A DNA stretch of 64,000 bases from Eledone cirrhosa (GCA_964016885.1 OZ024742.1:46996001-47060000); one strand, 5' to 3'. Counted from the first letter of the stretch, positions 1-13,487 are shown. A program made the numbers and translations. Notes: generated by a model from the sequence alone, not told the origin.

Positions 1-131
1 CAGACCAACCTGGCACTCGTTGAGTGCTCCAACCAGCATACCAGGTGTCGGTAAACAGCCAACACATACAATTATATATATATATATATATATAATATAA
101 GATCAAAAGATGGTTAAAGGAGTTCCATATA

Positions 132-198
132 TTTTATTATGCGCATTTCAAAAACAAACATCATCAAGCAATAATATTTGTGTTTTCATCAGATAAAA
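132..198 (-). ncRNA. Type I hammerhead ribozyme
   Basis: Reverse complement of 1909-1975: UUUUAU-CUGAUGA-stemII-GAAA-UGCGCA-UA-AUAAAA. Confidence 0.8.
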
Positions 199-986
199 CA
201 GGAGAACATGATATGAAGGCTAAAAAACACTTGTTGATAGTGCAGTTTTAAATCAACATATGAAAAGTGGTTTTAGATTGATGTGTGATATTGGGAAAAA
301 TATTTTATTTAGAGAGGGGGGGGGGGGATGAAAAGGGAAGGAGATGAGAGGGAGAGATGGGTGATAGAGAGAAAGAGATAGTTTTTATAACTGAGAGGAG
401 ATATATTTTTTTACATAGAGGGGTTGAAAACCGTTGGAAGATACTGTATAAATTAAAAATTTTGAAAATTAACGAAGGGAGGATATGTGCGAGGAAAAAA
501 TATTTTATTTAGGGAGGGGGGGTGGAAAGGATGAAAAAAAGGGGGGAGGAGATGAGAGTGAAGGTGGAGAGGGAGAGATGGGTGATAGAGAGAAAGAGAT
601 AGTTTTTATAACTGAGAAAAAGATATATTGTTTTAATATAGAGAGGTTGGGAACCGTTGGAAGATAATGTATAAATTAAAGGAATTTGAAAATTAACGAA
701 GGGAAATTATGTATGAAGATAGAGAGAAAAAAATAATAATTGTGGGTGAATATTCTAACGTCAAAAGAAGAAATGTATGTATTGTGGCAATTTCAAAATT
801 AGCGAAGAGAAAAGTTGTTATGGTTTGTGTGTAGAAGGATTTGAGAAAAATAATGTGAAGTTAAAGTTTGTATATTGAATTGATATGTATTAATAATGAG
901 TTCGTTGATGGGGAGAAAAAAATAATAATAAATTAAGGATGAAATTGAGATTAAAAAGATTTATGATAGAGAGAAAAAATAATAAT

Positions 987-1172
987 TGTTTCTACTTTTG
1001 GCACAAGGCCAGTAATTACCCAGTGCATTACTGGTACTTTATTTTATCGACCCCGTAAGGATGAAAGGCAAAGTCAACCTCGGCGGGATTTGAACTCAGA
1101 TCGTAAAGGGACGTAACTATGCTGGAAAGCATGGCGTCCGACCCTCTACTGATGCTGCCAATCCACCACCCT
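987..1172 (-). mobile_element. tRNA-derived SINE (Meta/MESC-like core)
   Basis: A box TGGCAGCATCAGTAG, B box GAGTTCAAATCC, core GCCTTTCATCCTTACGGGGTCGATAAAATAAAGTACC. 16-bp TSD GAGAAAAAATAATAAT at 971-986 and 1173-1188. Confidence 0.9.
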
Positions 1173-1908
1173 GAGAAAAAATAATAATGATTGCGGATGA
1201 ATATTCAAAATGTCAAAAACAAATGTTATTATTTTACGAGAAGATAGAATGAGGGTAATGAGTAAACGAGTATTATAGAGTGTATAATGCCCTTTAAAGT
1301 AAGGTAAGGTAGATGGGTATATTTTAAAGAGGTGTATGTATATGTGCCTTTGAGAAAAGATTCTAAATTGATAAAGAATTGAATATTAACTGTATACTTT
1401 GTGAAAAGTTCTATGGAATTTATGCAGGCAGATAGAAAACAAATCTGAGCGTCTGTTTATTATAGAATCTAGGTTAGAGATAATGGTAAATTTTTCATTT
1501 AGGCAGAGATTACAGATTTTAGATAGAGAGCTGTTCAAGTATGAGGATGCAGAAGAAATCTTTTTCTAAAAGATGTTCTCCTGCATTTTTTTCTCAATAT
1601 TTTTTCCTCGCACATATCCTCCCTTCGTTAATTTTCAAAATTTTTAATTTATACAGTATCTTCCAACGGTTTTCAACCCCTCTATGTAAAAAAATATATC
1701 TCCTCTCAGTTATAAAAACTATCTCTTTCTCTCTATCACCCATCTCTCCCTCTCATCTCCTTCCCTTTTCATCCTTTTCCTCCCCCCCCCCTCTCTAAAT
1801 AAAATATTTTTCCCAATATCACACATCAATCTAAAACCACTTTTCATATGTTGATTTAAAACTGCACTATCAACAAGTGTTTTTTAGCCTTCATATCATG
1901 TTCTCCTG

Positions 1909-1975
1909 TTTTATCTGATGAAAACACAAATATTATTGCTTGATGATGTTTGTTTTTGAAATGCGCATAATAAAA
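1909..1975 (+). ncRNA. Type I hammerhead ribozyme
   Basis: Stem I TTTTAT/ATAAAA, core CTGATGA (1915-1921), GAAA (1958-1961), palindromic stem III ATGCGCAT, cleavage triplet AUA. Confidence 0.8.
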
Positions 1976-2098
1976 TATATGGAACTCCTTTAACCATCTT
2001 TTGATCTTATATTATGCATACTCCAGTCCCACAAACTGTAGAGTGCTTCTTATCCGATATCTGCATTGCTTTATTGTACTACAATAAAACTCACCTCC

Positions 2099-2187
<89 letters not shown>

Positions 2188-2361
2188 ATACAGAGAGAGC
2201 TTTAAGCGATACTCTGACCAACTCCACCTCACTCAACAAACATTAGGATATACCTAAGTATAATCCCAATTAAGTGTTTGGGCTGCTAACTATATAGTAT
2301 TCTGTGGATAATTGGTTGTATTATTTTATATGAGACATAATTAAATAAATCTCTCTTACTT

Positions 2362-2484
2362 TCCATACGATCGTTTCGTTGTAAGATTTCTACAAGTTGG
2401 GATAAATAATGTCCAAGTTATGTAGAATCTTGTATATAACCCATAGATATACACACAAGCGGGCCTTTATAACTCATCAGTGGA
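2362..2484 (-). ncRNA. Type I hammerhead ribozyme in a non-coding PLE terminal fragment (~2185-2720)
   Basis: Minus strand: TCCA-CTGATGA-GTTATAA...TTACAAC-GAAACGATCGTA-TGGA; palindromic stem III, GUA site. Confidence 0.8.
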
Positions 2485-2741
2485 TGCCCATGCATTATCG
2501 ATATAAACAATTACATCGCTATTAATAATCAGTGATGGTCTCCGTCAGTGCTAGAAAGACAGCTAAATTCGAAAAGCCAGTAGCCCTTCAAAAAGAAAAT
2601 TTACACTGTCCCCAAAAGGGAAAGGAGAGGTCATCGTAAAATATAAAATAATATACTCGCTGGTCATTAAAGCCTGTTAGGTATTTTAACCACGTGTTTA
2701 AGAACTCAATTGGATATTAAATATATATATATATATATAAA

Positions 2742-2786
<45 letters not shown>

Positions 2787-2789
<3 letters not shown>

Positions 2790-2980
2790 AAAATGTATGA
2801 CCCCCACAGCAGAGCTCAAGCCGTTTCGACGCTATTTCTGGACTCAGAAATAGCCGTCGAAACGGCTTGAGCTCTGCCGTCGGGATCATACATTTTCCTA
2901 TTACCCACTCTACTACCCTAAGTATTGAGTATTCTGGTGCGTTATGGTCCACCTGGTTCCTTACCACTCTACCTTCGTTA
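2787..2980. mobile_element. Family D hairpin mini-element in (TA)n
   Basis: ~55-bp near-perfect fold-back (TAGGAAAATGTATGA...TCATACATTTTCCTA) plus an ~80-bp extension ending CTTCGTTA. Homologs at 34966-35160, 45248-45352, 46424-46534. Confidence 0.75.
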
Positions 2981-3129
2981 TATATATATATAAACAGTGT
3001 TGTCTTTTTAATTTAACCCCAATGTAATTTGGAAGCTTAACGATATAATTGTTTCTACTTTTTGGCACAAGGCCAGCAAATACCCAGTACATTACTGGTA
3101 CTTAACGATATAATGATAACAAACACGTT

Positions 3130-4085
3130 ATCTTGCAGTTATGTATAGGGTCCCAATATTTTGGGATACATTCTTCTTCGCCGCCCACATATTTTGAAAT
3201 GGCTGTGGGTGAAGGGTCCTCAAATAATCCTTTCAGTGGGTCTTGTCAGACGCATTCACTTCTAATTGATTGGTTGGTTTCCCAAAGGGACCTTATGCCA
3301 CCCTGCTCCACATCAAGCAAGCCTCTTTCGCCCACAGCATTTAATAGTTGAAGCAAAAACTGTTGTGCTGAACAATTCTCACTCCATTTCAACGTCCTGA
3401 GATTGCTCAGGGAGATCTCACAATTTGGAAACAATAGTGTTTTCATACCTTGTTCTGACTTCCTTATCCACCAAGGCTTCATACTTTATCCTGTATGTCG
3501 ACCTGTACCTGCCAATATTTGGGTTTCTTTGGCTTTAGGTAGTCTCAAATATTGATCTCTCCCTGATTCTCCATATACCATGTAAATTTAAGGATGTCTT
3601 TGTGCTGGAAGAAGGTGTTCATAACAGAGAGTCCATTCCTAGAACTGTCTAATAGGGGAGAGCTGTTCTGATAGACAACGGGTTTAGGGTGGAGGAGAGC
3701 GATACAGCCACCAGATATTATCATTGGTTGCCATATAAGCAGGTAGCTGCCGGACAAATAAGCTGCCCCGGACCAACAGCGATACACTACTAGGGGATAC
3801 TAACAAGGCCCCGGCTGTCAGAATGTGTTATAGACTGAATAGCTGTAGGAGGGAGGATTTACTTCTTGAATCTTAGGCTGAAAGCTATGTCTCTGGGAGT
3901 GGTGCAAGTTTATGCACCAAATAAGGAATACAGATCCTTCCTTGAAGTCACTGAAGCGTTATTTGTACTTAGGACTGAGTCATATATCCTAATGGGAGAT
4001 TTCAATGCACATGTTGGCACTGATCATCTGATATGGAAAAGATGATTGAAACGCATGGTGATACCGATCTAAATATGAATGGAGG
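3130..4085. mobile_element. Decayed RTE-like LINE AP-endonuclease fragment with internal inversion
   Basis: Plus strand ~3860-4085: VVQVYAPN...ILMGDFNAHVG...DLNMNG. Minus strand ~3720-3545 continues the domain: NGLSVMNTFFQHKDILKFTWY. Confidence 0.7.
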
Positions 4086-4786
4086 AACAGAAGTACTAGT
4101 AGTAGAAGTGGTAGTAGTTGTTGTTGTTGTAGTATAAGTTGTAGTAGTAGTATAAGTCTTTGCGTGTTTAGAGTTGTACATTTTTGTCGTTCTTAATCTA
4201 ACATTCATTGACATTTCAATAATATGTGTATAATAATATATATTTGTAAGTGAGGACAAATATTTTAATAAATGTCTGTTTAATTTCCTAATCCTATTAA
4301 AACTTATATGCTAGTTTAAAAAATAATATATTTTTCTCAGCTTCGACTAAATAGTCAGACATAAATGTTGTTAAAAATAGGTCATTCCTCCTTCATCATA
4401 TTGTTTTGCACTATCTTCGAAAAAGTTAAATTTGCATATTTTCTCAGGAGATTTCATGATAGGTAAACACTGTCTGAAACATTATTGAAAATGTAGAAAA
4501 TAAAAACACCTTCAATGTCAAAATATGTTTTGTAATTATTAAAACTAGTAAAAGTGTAAGTGTTAGAAAAAAAAATATTCACATTGAAAATATATTTTTC
4601 GTTTTGTTTCTTGTTAACATCTAACATTTTACGTAAGAACGTGTCAATGTGACGATGAAATGTGTACGAACAGGATTACCTTAGAGATCTTAAAAGATGA
4701 TATATATATATGTAGTTTATCATCATTGCACTGATGTTACAGATATCTAGTTAGAATTAACTTATAAATGCATATGTTTCTATACG

Positions 4787-4979
<193 letters not shown>

Positions 4980-5029
4980 TGAGAGAAATAGAGAGAAATA
5001 GAGAGAGATAGAGATCATTTGAAGTGTAA

Positions 5030-6700
5030 GAAGTAGAAGACACCTTTTGTGAAGAAGTGGTACACACTGCCAAGAACATTTGCTTAAAAATACCGGGTGT
5101 CACTTCCACATTTTTGTATACCTTTCTTCTGTACGCTGGCTTCTTAGTCAAAGTGTATAATCTTGGAATATCAGCATATAACAGTATTTTTTTGCAAATG
5201 GATCACGATTGCAAAGAACCACAAATTTTGATAGAGTTATCCTTGCATATCATTCAATTTCACATCGATATTCTTATGAAAGATGATTTAACTCTGTTCA
5301 GGAAGGCAAATAGCAATCGGATTTCTTGTGTTAATTGTAAATATAATTATGGACTCAACTGCTGCAGTGAGCTCGATATACCTGTATGTCAGAGACTGTG
5401 AATTCGTCTCTTTTGTTCACTCCAATGATTGTTTGATAACTTCCTTTCATGCTATACTTTATCAGGTATTTAAATACATTATAAATGGGCATGTTTCTAT
5501 ATTCAGATAGCATTTGTATAGCCTCAGTAGCTGCGTAGGGACCACTGCGCTTAATAAAAGCCTATTGGGCATAATAAAAAAAAGACATACATTGAGAAGA
5601 TACAGTCCGACCATGTCATCATTCTTGAATTCTTTCAAATACTACCATTTCCAAAGACCATCTCCTGTACATTGGATATAAAATATCACCACACCTTATA
5701 TGCTCAATTAAGGACTCGAACTACCTCTTACTGCATGTAACATTTACTCAACACTGTCAGTTGTTGCAATATGGACCATGAATCATGAGAATTAATACCA
5801 ATTCATGTAGTTCTGGATTTTCACTTCCTCTGGTATTTCAGCTTGCACAAATCTATCATAATTTCGTGTTGTTGACTTTAACGCTTCATTGAGCCACAAT
5901 CAGTTCAAATGAGGCCGATTTGGTTTTGATATTTCACACTCAACATATATACGAGACACTTGCCAATATACCAACTGTTCACACACTGAATAGATAGGTT
6001 TTCTCATCAAACTGAACACTTTTGTAAATAAATCTGGTCGTTAATGTAGCTGTTGATGAAAACAAAACATCTGTTGCTTTTCTGGGCAGTTTGTATTGCA
6101 CGTAATCGTTATGGGAAATGAATTGTTTTCATACTTTCTTTTATATATCAGGGTTTGTTGAGACGATTAGATCATATATCTAGATCCACCGAAAACCGTA
6201 CATCAGCTATACAACTATATGTTTTTGATTTCAAGGTCGCGTAATTAATCTTTATGAATCTCAGCGTCTCAACGCTAATCTTCGTAGCCATATCGACCAA
6301 GTATGAGAAATGTATAATTTTTCTGCCTTAGCTACAGAGTTAAACAGAGTTCGTGACAGCGTGTTCTCAGCCTCTCTGTCTCACGTGGAACCCATTTATC
6401 CATCTGTTTCTTTCCAGTTGCCATCAAGTATCGAGTAATGATTGTCTTGGAATTTGTAATGTTTTGTACAAGTTTAACACACAAAACTTGAGGTTCTGCC
6501 TTTATGGCTTACCTAAATGTTTTGTCCTGTATATTTAATATAATCCAGACTTCAACCTACCGAATTATTTCGAACCAGCTCTACTACGAGCACCAAAGTA
6601 ACATTCACCAAAAGCGTTATTGATGTTTGCTGTAGCATCAGAAGCTGTTTTCTTCAGTTCGTACTCATAAACAAAACATCACCCCGAATTTGTTTATATT
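5030..6700 (-). mobile_element. Decayed Helitron Rep-domain region
   Basis: Minus-strand pieces with stops and frameshifts, in RepHel order: YLVDMATKISVETLRFIK, ITCN, MIHGP.C...CSKR...YPMYRR, LNIETC...KYLIKYSMKGS...DEI, LLYADIPRLYT...PGIFK. Confidence 0.8.
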
Positions 6701-6932
6701 CATGGTGTTATACGGCTATATTGATTAAACACTTACAAAAGCAAATAATCTGGAATATTTAGTTAACAAAGTTATAACCCAACAGAAAATTCATAGTATG
6801 GTGCATTTGAATTAAGAAATTTCGTGTTTTGTTGATTAATTGAATCTTGCGGAAATATGCCACAAGCTAATATGCACGAACGCACAGAAATACAGAAATA
6901 CACACACACATGCACGTACACACTCACACACA

Positions 6933-6997
<65 letters not shown>

Positions 6998-8059
6998 TTG
7001 TGTGTGACAACAGAAGATATGAAGTGAAAAGAAATAGAAAACGTACAGAAAATTATACATTTGAGTTTCCTTGATGATGGGTTGTTGCGGAGAGGGCACG
7101 CGCCTGCTTGCGTGATATTCAATAATAATAGAGAATGTGACATTAAGTGGTTTGCTTATTGCTGGTATTGGACTTAAATGTCTATTGGTTAAGATATTAT
7201 AAATCAAATATTGTCTGATACAGATATATCAGCGAACTGGTGGGTGGGAATACGAAAGTGGAAATGATTTAGCCACAAAGCAGGGATCTACAAATTTTAT
7301 GGTATTTATGCTTAGATACATATATAATAGGCAATACTATACAAGATAAATGTTTGTGCAGGATATCAATCCTAGATTAGGAACGCCACCCGTGCCACAT
7401 TTGCTCCGAAGCAGTATGTATATATTGTTCTCCAATGTCACACCCTTAAACAAAAAGACAAAAAATACCGAACTTACTCAAATGTGTAAACACAGATATA
7501 CAAATCATGACTCAACCACAAACCCGTATATGACCCCAGGACCGGGTAAGTTCTTGGTTACTATTATTTTCACACATACAACTACTCTTCATACACCCAA
7601 AAGAGAAAGCTCTGTACATAACCTGACATTTTGACACGAACGTTTGACACAATTGAACCAGACCTACATGCTCACACACGCCCAACAAAAATGCTGTCTG
7701 GACTATTATCATGAATAGCAAACTAATTTTCCATTTTAACCAGGTTAATTCAATTGAAAAATGACCGGTTGAGCCCCACTTCCACCTTCACCCCTTCTCA
7801 TTCATAAAGAACATATATATAAGAAAATGTTTTGACAACATTCTAACTGTTAACAGGATATGAGGACAAATATTTTTAAATAGTTGTTAAGATTTGTACG
7901 CTATTCAAAACCGGTAATATTTGACAAAATTGAAGTAAACTTAATGTAACAATTATGAAATTAATTATTCCGGTGGTGGATCAAAGAAGAAATTATCTTT
8001 ATATACTGTATACCTGTGTGCTTTTTCATTCTTACCTTTTACACCCGCACCACACTTAT

Positions 8060-8272
8060 ATATAGTCGATCGACTTTCGTCAAATCGGCCCGAGGAAACA
8101 ATGTTTCCATTGGCCTTTCTAATTGCTAATACTATCTATCGGTTGCAACTCCAGGTAGAAGACGCAATGTGAAATAAAATGTCTTGCTCAAGGACATAGC
8201 GCATCACCCGGTCCAGGAACCGAATTGACAAGCTCACGATTGCGAATCCAATTCTCAAACTACTCAGCTACG
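8060..8272 (-). mobile_element. Old tRNA-derived SINE of a second family
   Basis: TGTCTTGCTCAAGGACA...CCAGGAACCGAA motif typical of a reversed tRNA-head SINE; degraded. Confidence 0.45.
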
Positions 8273-8514
8273 CTATATTTATGCATATATATCTATATAT
8301 ATGTGTGTGTGTGTGAGTGAATGTATATATCATATCATATATATATATATATATATGATGTGTATTTATAACAATCTCTCTTACCCTCTTTCTGTATATA
8401 TATATATATATATAAAGCACCAGGAAGATTAAATTTTAATGAACAGGTTTTCTCACTTTTACGTCAGTAAATAACATACAAAAGGTTATTTTCCTTTTAT
8501 TATTGAAATATTGA

Positions 8515-8728
8515 GTCCGACCCTCTACCGATACTGCCAATCGGTGGATTGGCAGTATCGGTAGAGGGTCGGACGCCATGCTTTCCAGCATAGTTACGTC
8601 CCTTTACGATCTGAGTTCAAATCCCGCCGAGGTTGACTTTGCCTTTCATCCTTACGGGGTCGATAAAATAAAGTACCAGTAATGCACTGGGTAATTGCTG
8701 GCCTTGTGCCTAAAGTAGAAACAATTAT
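8515..8728 (+). mobile_element. tRNA-derived SINE with inverted duplication of its 5' end
   Basis: GTCCGACCCTCTACCGATACTGCCAATC mirrors GATTGGCAGTATCGGTAGAGGGTCGGAC; TSD TTATTGAAATATTGAGT on both sides. Confidence 0.85.
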
Positions 8729-9169
8729 TGAAATATTGAGTGAATATTTCATACTTCTCATACAAAAGAAAAGTTGGCTTCATTACTAAAATTACTTTCT
8801 TCATAATGTGTTATTGGATGTTGAAACTTTAATGTTCTTCTGTCGAGATTGTATTTTAAGAGTTAAGGTTACTTCGTCTTCTGAGTTTAAGTTGTCAACA
8901 TCTAAGAACGTTTATCTCTATTAAAATACACTGGCATATACACGTACATACACATTCATATTACAAATAGATTATAGTGCAGGACAGTGTCTGCATCAGC
9001 TGTCAACTGGAGAATAAATGTTTTGACAGCCTCGCTTGACATTAATGCCATCTCCAATTGTGTAAAGTAATGTTGATTTCATCATGGAATGCATGGCTTT
9101 CTGTTGCCCACGCTGTAATTAATTTAAATCAGTGTGACCATTCAACGATGATTTCTCTTTTATTTCTTC

Positions 9170-9310
9170 TTGATGGTCTATTTAGACGTCTGGGACTTAA
9201 AATCCCTGAAAATCTACCTAACAATATTAACTTAATAGATGTTACACTCAACCTTGAGAACGGACGCTTCTACACTTGCCGTAACCCGAAGGAAATATTA
9301 TACGACATCA
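9170..9310 (+). mobile_element. Old Hydra-type PLE RT fragment
   Basis: GLFRRLGLKI..NLPNNINLIDVTLNLENGRFYTCRNP resembles the NFLDATL.L...Y.P.HKP segment of the element at 32396-34876. Confidence 0.5.
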
Positions 9311-9662
9311 CTATTAAACGACCTGAGTGCTATTACAAAATATTTAAAATAAGTTGCATCATATTTGATCTTCAGTAAGATAGCAGGGTCAACTGTTCAC
9401 AATGATTTTGATAACATATACAAGTCCAGACAGATGGTGAATTAGTAGAGTCGTTAGAACGTCGAATTGAATGCTTTGTCATATATGTTGCAGCTCTCTG
9501 CGCTGAGTGTTTGTATTTTTTTTCACGCATGGCTATTTCAAGACCAAGATGAAACTATTGAATACATTACATTCCTTTAGTTTACTGTATATGTCTCTAA
9601 CCTCCTTTTGATCTAAAGGTTAGTCCTGATTAAGGAAACTCCCGATTAAATATATCCCAACC

Positions 9663-9777
9663 TGAGCATCTCGACGTTTTTTGATATTTTTCTGATGACA
9701 ACCTATTTCTCGTAATATTTTATAAGATGTGTCATCTCTTGCAGCGTTGTCGGACCAATGTAATATTGCTATGTGAC
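9663..9777 (-). other. Possible host exon (unassigned)
   Basis: tttactAG|...CAG|GTtggg; one open frame, HIAILHWSDNAARDDTSYKILREIGCHQKNIKKRRDAQ; no partner exons identified. Confidence 0.25.
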
Positions 9778-9841
9778 TAGTAAACATATAAATTAGTTTA
9801 TTTTTTATGATGCAAGTTATAAGTTGTTGTCTGTTTGTTAG

Positions 9842-9952
<111 letters not shown>

Positions 9953-11094
9953 ACTTCCCCTGATATATGCATGTAACCACCAAGGCAAGTTATAAATAAT
10001 CATCAATCACATCTGGAGACAACATATTTACAATTAAGAGCTGTTTAGTTGTTTTTCGCCCAGCTAGATTTAGGATCCACATCTAATTGAACCCACATCT
10101 TCTAGAATAAAAGAATTAATTAGTTGATGTAATTCTAAATACATGAGTCCAGAAAGGTCGCGAATTTGTAGAGACGTTATAACGTTAGTCGAACACTTAG
10201 CAGCATTAGTTGCAGCTCTCTGTACTGGAGTTTAAATCTTACCTTGCGTCCTTTCGAATTCGATAAAAATGTAAGAGACCATTACTGGGGCCCATTCTTT
10301 CTTTATATATACTTCATTTGTCTTAATCTATCCGTAGGTCTCCATAAGTTTTAAAACTTCCAAGACACGGCCGTATGTTACAACGGCGCTCCTAAAACTC
10401 CACTAGGTCCAAGACATAGCATAGCATGGAACTTGATTTGATATCAACATTTTAGAATTGAGATATATAACGAAATCCAACAACCACCTCAAAACACAAC
10501 CAACAGAAAAACCCCCCACATTTGTAAGAACATATACTGTTTACCCTTCACCTTCAATTTGTAGTTGCTTAGTTATCGGTTTCCATACTAGATTAGTATA
10601 GAGCAAAGGTTCTCAACGGGGGGGGGGGGGCATATGCACCCCAGGGGGCGTTTCGGAACTCCAGGGGGGCGGGGGCGTTTCGGAGCAAGGGGGAATTAGG
10701 GGGGAGTTTGGAGCTTTGGAGTGCATTGGAAGGCTCTTTACTTTGGTAAGTTTTATAAGCCATATTTGTATGTCTTTGACACAGCCAGTGTGAATGCATT
10801 TGAATAAGCATGCAGACAGCATAACTATGGTCTGACTGCAGCTGTGAGCAGGTGTGCAGGCGTGTTTAGACATTAACCGGTAAAGGAGATCCTAACAATG
10901 GAAAAATCCACAGTCAACTGGGTCAAGGACACTTCAAGCGCAGCCAGTTTGAATCTTGTCTTTCCTTCACCGATAACAATGTATTTCATGTCTGAAATTA
11001 TTGACTCAACCGTAACGAGTTAACACTATGTAGATCTATTTTATTTCCTATTGTATAAATAATATTACAAATAGAAAAAAAACAAAAACACAGA

Positions 11095-11497
11095 AGCGGG
11101 TAGCACACACATCTAGGACCACATACAACACATAAGCAGGAAATACACACATCTAGGACCACATACAACACATAAGCAGATAATACACACATCTAGGACC
11201 ACATGCAACACATAAGGAGGTAGCACACACATCTAGGACACATACAACACACAGGCAAGTAATACATACATTTAGGACCACATACAACACATAAGCAGGT
11301 AATACAAACATCTAGGCCCACATACAACACATAAGGAGGTAATACAAACATCTAGGACCACATACAACACCTAATCAGGTAATACAAACATCTAGGACCA
11401 CATACAACTCATAATCAGGTAATACATACATCTAGGACCACATGCAATACATAGGCAGGTAATACATACATCAAGGACCAAATACAACACACAAATA
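11095..11497. repeat. 40-bp minisatellite, ~10 copies
   Basis: CATCTAGGACCACATACAACACATAAGCAGGTAATACA recurs every ~40 bp (11111, 11151, 11191...). Confidence 0.95.
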
Positions 11498-12533
11498 CGG
11501 ACGACGCAAGAGCAATGGTCAGCCAACATAAGGGTTTCGTCACTCTTCTGAAGAGAGAAAATCTATCTGTATTTGTTGTTCATTGTGTCATTCATCGAAA
11601 ACACTTGGCTGTGAAGAAACTCAGCAAGCCACTGATCAAGTCCTTGCAGGTGGCCCCTGATGTCATCAATTTTATCAAACGGCATTCCGTCAATGAACGA
11701 ATTTTCCGGCAACTGTGCCAAGATAATGACGAAGAATTCGTCAAGTTGCTCCTTCATAATGAAGAGAGGTGGCTTTCAAAGGGCAAGTGCCTTACTCACT
11801 TCTTTGAACTGTTCGACTCTATCATTGTGTTTCTGTGAGGATGCAACACAGAACTGTACAAGAAAACCCTCGATGTGAGGCAAAACTGCGCTTACGTCAC
11901 CAACATCTTCGACAAATGCAATAGCGTCATTATGGCTTTGCAGGGGAAGAAGATCACCTTGCTTAAAGCAAGGAATGCTGTGAAAACATTCCTGGCCAAA
12001 TTGAATGTCATCGTAAGGAATCTTTGTTGACAGAAATTCTATAATTGTCCTAGTGTCGCCAATGTTCAAAACATTGTAAGCGATGACCAACTCCAAATTT
12101 ATACCACTCACTTCCGTGCACTACAAGACAACATGAGAGAACGGTTTGTCGACCTTTTGCCGATGGACATCCCAAGGTGGGTAGCAGATCCCTTCATAGC
12201 TAACGTCGATGATTTGGACGTTATATTTCAGGAAGAATTCATTTAACTTCAAGCAGATAACATGATTAAAATTAGATTTCCCAAAAAGGTGAACCCCTTT
12301 TTTGGATGCAAGAGGAAATTCAGCGTCAATTTCCACACCTACATGCAGAGGCTAAGCCTTTTCCAAGCTCATACTTAGTCAAAAGGAGGTTCGGTGCTGT
12401 TTCCAGACTGCTCAGTAAGGCTCGCAACTGCTACAATGTAATTACATGTGGAGATCTCCGGCTACATCTTACGAAAATCCAGCCTGACGTCAAAGAGTTA
12501 GCTAGACTCCATGAAGTTCAAGGGTCCCATTGA
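11497..12533 (+). pseudogene. hAT transposase C-terminal half, disrupted
   Basis: TDDARAM (TDGAxxM), HCVIHR (CxxH), RWLSKG, PFPSSYLVKRRF, GDLRLHLTKIQPD; stops and frameshifts. Confidence 0.9.
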
Positions 12534-13487
12534 AATGAGGTCAAAGTTAAAGTAAGTTGATTTATCCGAAAACCTAGATATGCTATTGTTACAAAGCAAA
12601 CTAACAATTTTTCTTTTATTTGTAGTTGCAGTCTGACTGGACTGGAAACCATCTACTACAATTCACTTACTCATTTGTTGTGTATATTTTACCATTTACT
12701 AATAAATATACCCTCCCGCGTGGTCATGAAAACCCTCTTCCGTGGTCTCTAAGCTCACAAAGCAGAGGGGACATCAAGTTAGATATCAACATTTATTCTG
12801 TCTGTTTCATTAAAGGGAAAATTGGAAAGCTTTGAAATGATATAATTGCCACTTTCTTCCAGATAAGAGCACTCTTTGGATAGAGTTGCTCTTGTATAAA
12901 TGTTCAAAATAGCTGGTATCGCCTGGTGGGAATATAACAAATTCAACTGGTCCTTATTCATAAAAAAGAACATTTATGTTCCTTTTTTTGAAATTTCTAT
13001 ATTTCCTTTCAAGGAATGTATTTATACTCTCAGCTGCCTGCAATGGTATCTTTGGAATATTGTTAATTAATTTTTTAGTAATCTGCAGATATCAAAATCA
13101 GTAGTATATTGAAAAATGGAAAAATAGGGTAGGGCGGCGTTTCGTGATTTCGACGGACAAAAGGGGGCGTTTGGACTAAATGGGTTGAGAACCTGTATAG
13201 AGGAACACAATTAACGAGTTTCAGAAACGTTACAATTTTCACCTACATGATGATTTAGGTAAAAATAGCTAACGGGCGACAAATAACAACAATCTTCTTA
13301 AGAAAACACAGAATAATAAAACTATACAAGAACAATACTAAGTCCCTTTGCTATTTATAGGATGGTTTGTTTATAGATTCCATGGTAATATATTTTTCTG
13401 ACACAATAAATGATAACAATGATATACATACTTCCATTTAACCAATGAGAAAATAACATACACCCAAATTATATATATATATATATA

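Larger units (their letters stand above)
95..2101 (-). mobile_element. 5'-truncated Hydra-type Penelope-like element with inverted terminal arm
   Basis: Minus strand ~1560-1400 translates to ISSASSYLNSSLSKICNLCLNEKFTIISNLDSIINRRSD (CxLC...N-R-S C-terminus of Hydra-type GIY-YIG). 95-~500 is an inverted repeat of ~1595-2013; the right arm continues to 2101. Both ends abut (TA)n. Confidence 0.8.
10604..13194 (+). mobile_element. hAT DNA transposon (Buster/Charlie-like), non-autonomous
   Basis: TIR CAAAGGTTCTCAAC / GTTGAGAACCT; 8-bp TSD GTATAGAG at 10596-10603 and 13195-13202. Confidence 0.85.

Noticed and set aside
987-1172. tRNA genes
   Set aside because: A/B boxes belong to SINE heads with core, tail and TSD; no cloverleaf.
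11095-11497. CRISPR-like array
   Set aside because: Units are contiguous near-identical 40-mers with no unique spacers, no cas genes, and a eukaryotic context: a minisatellite.
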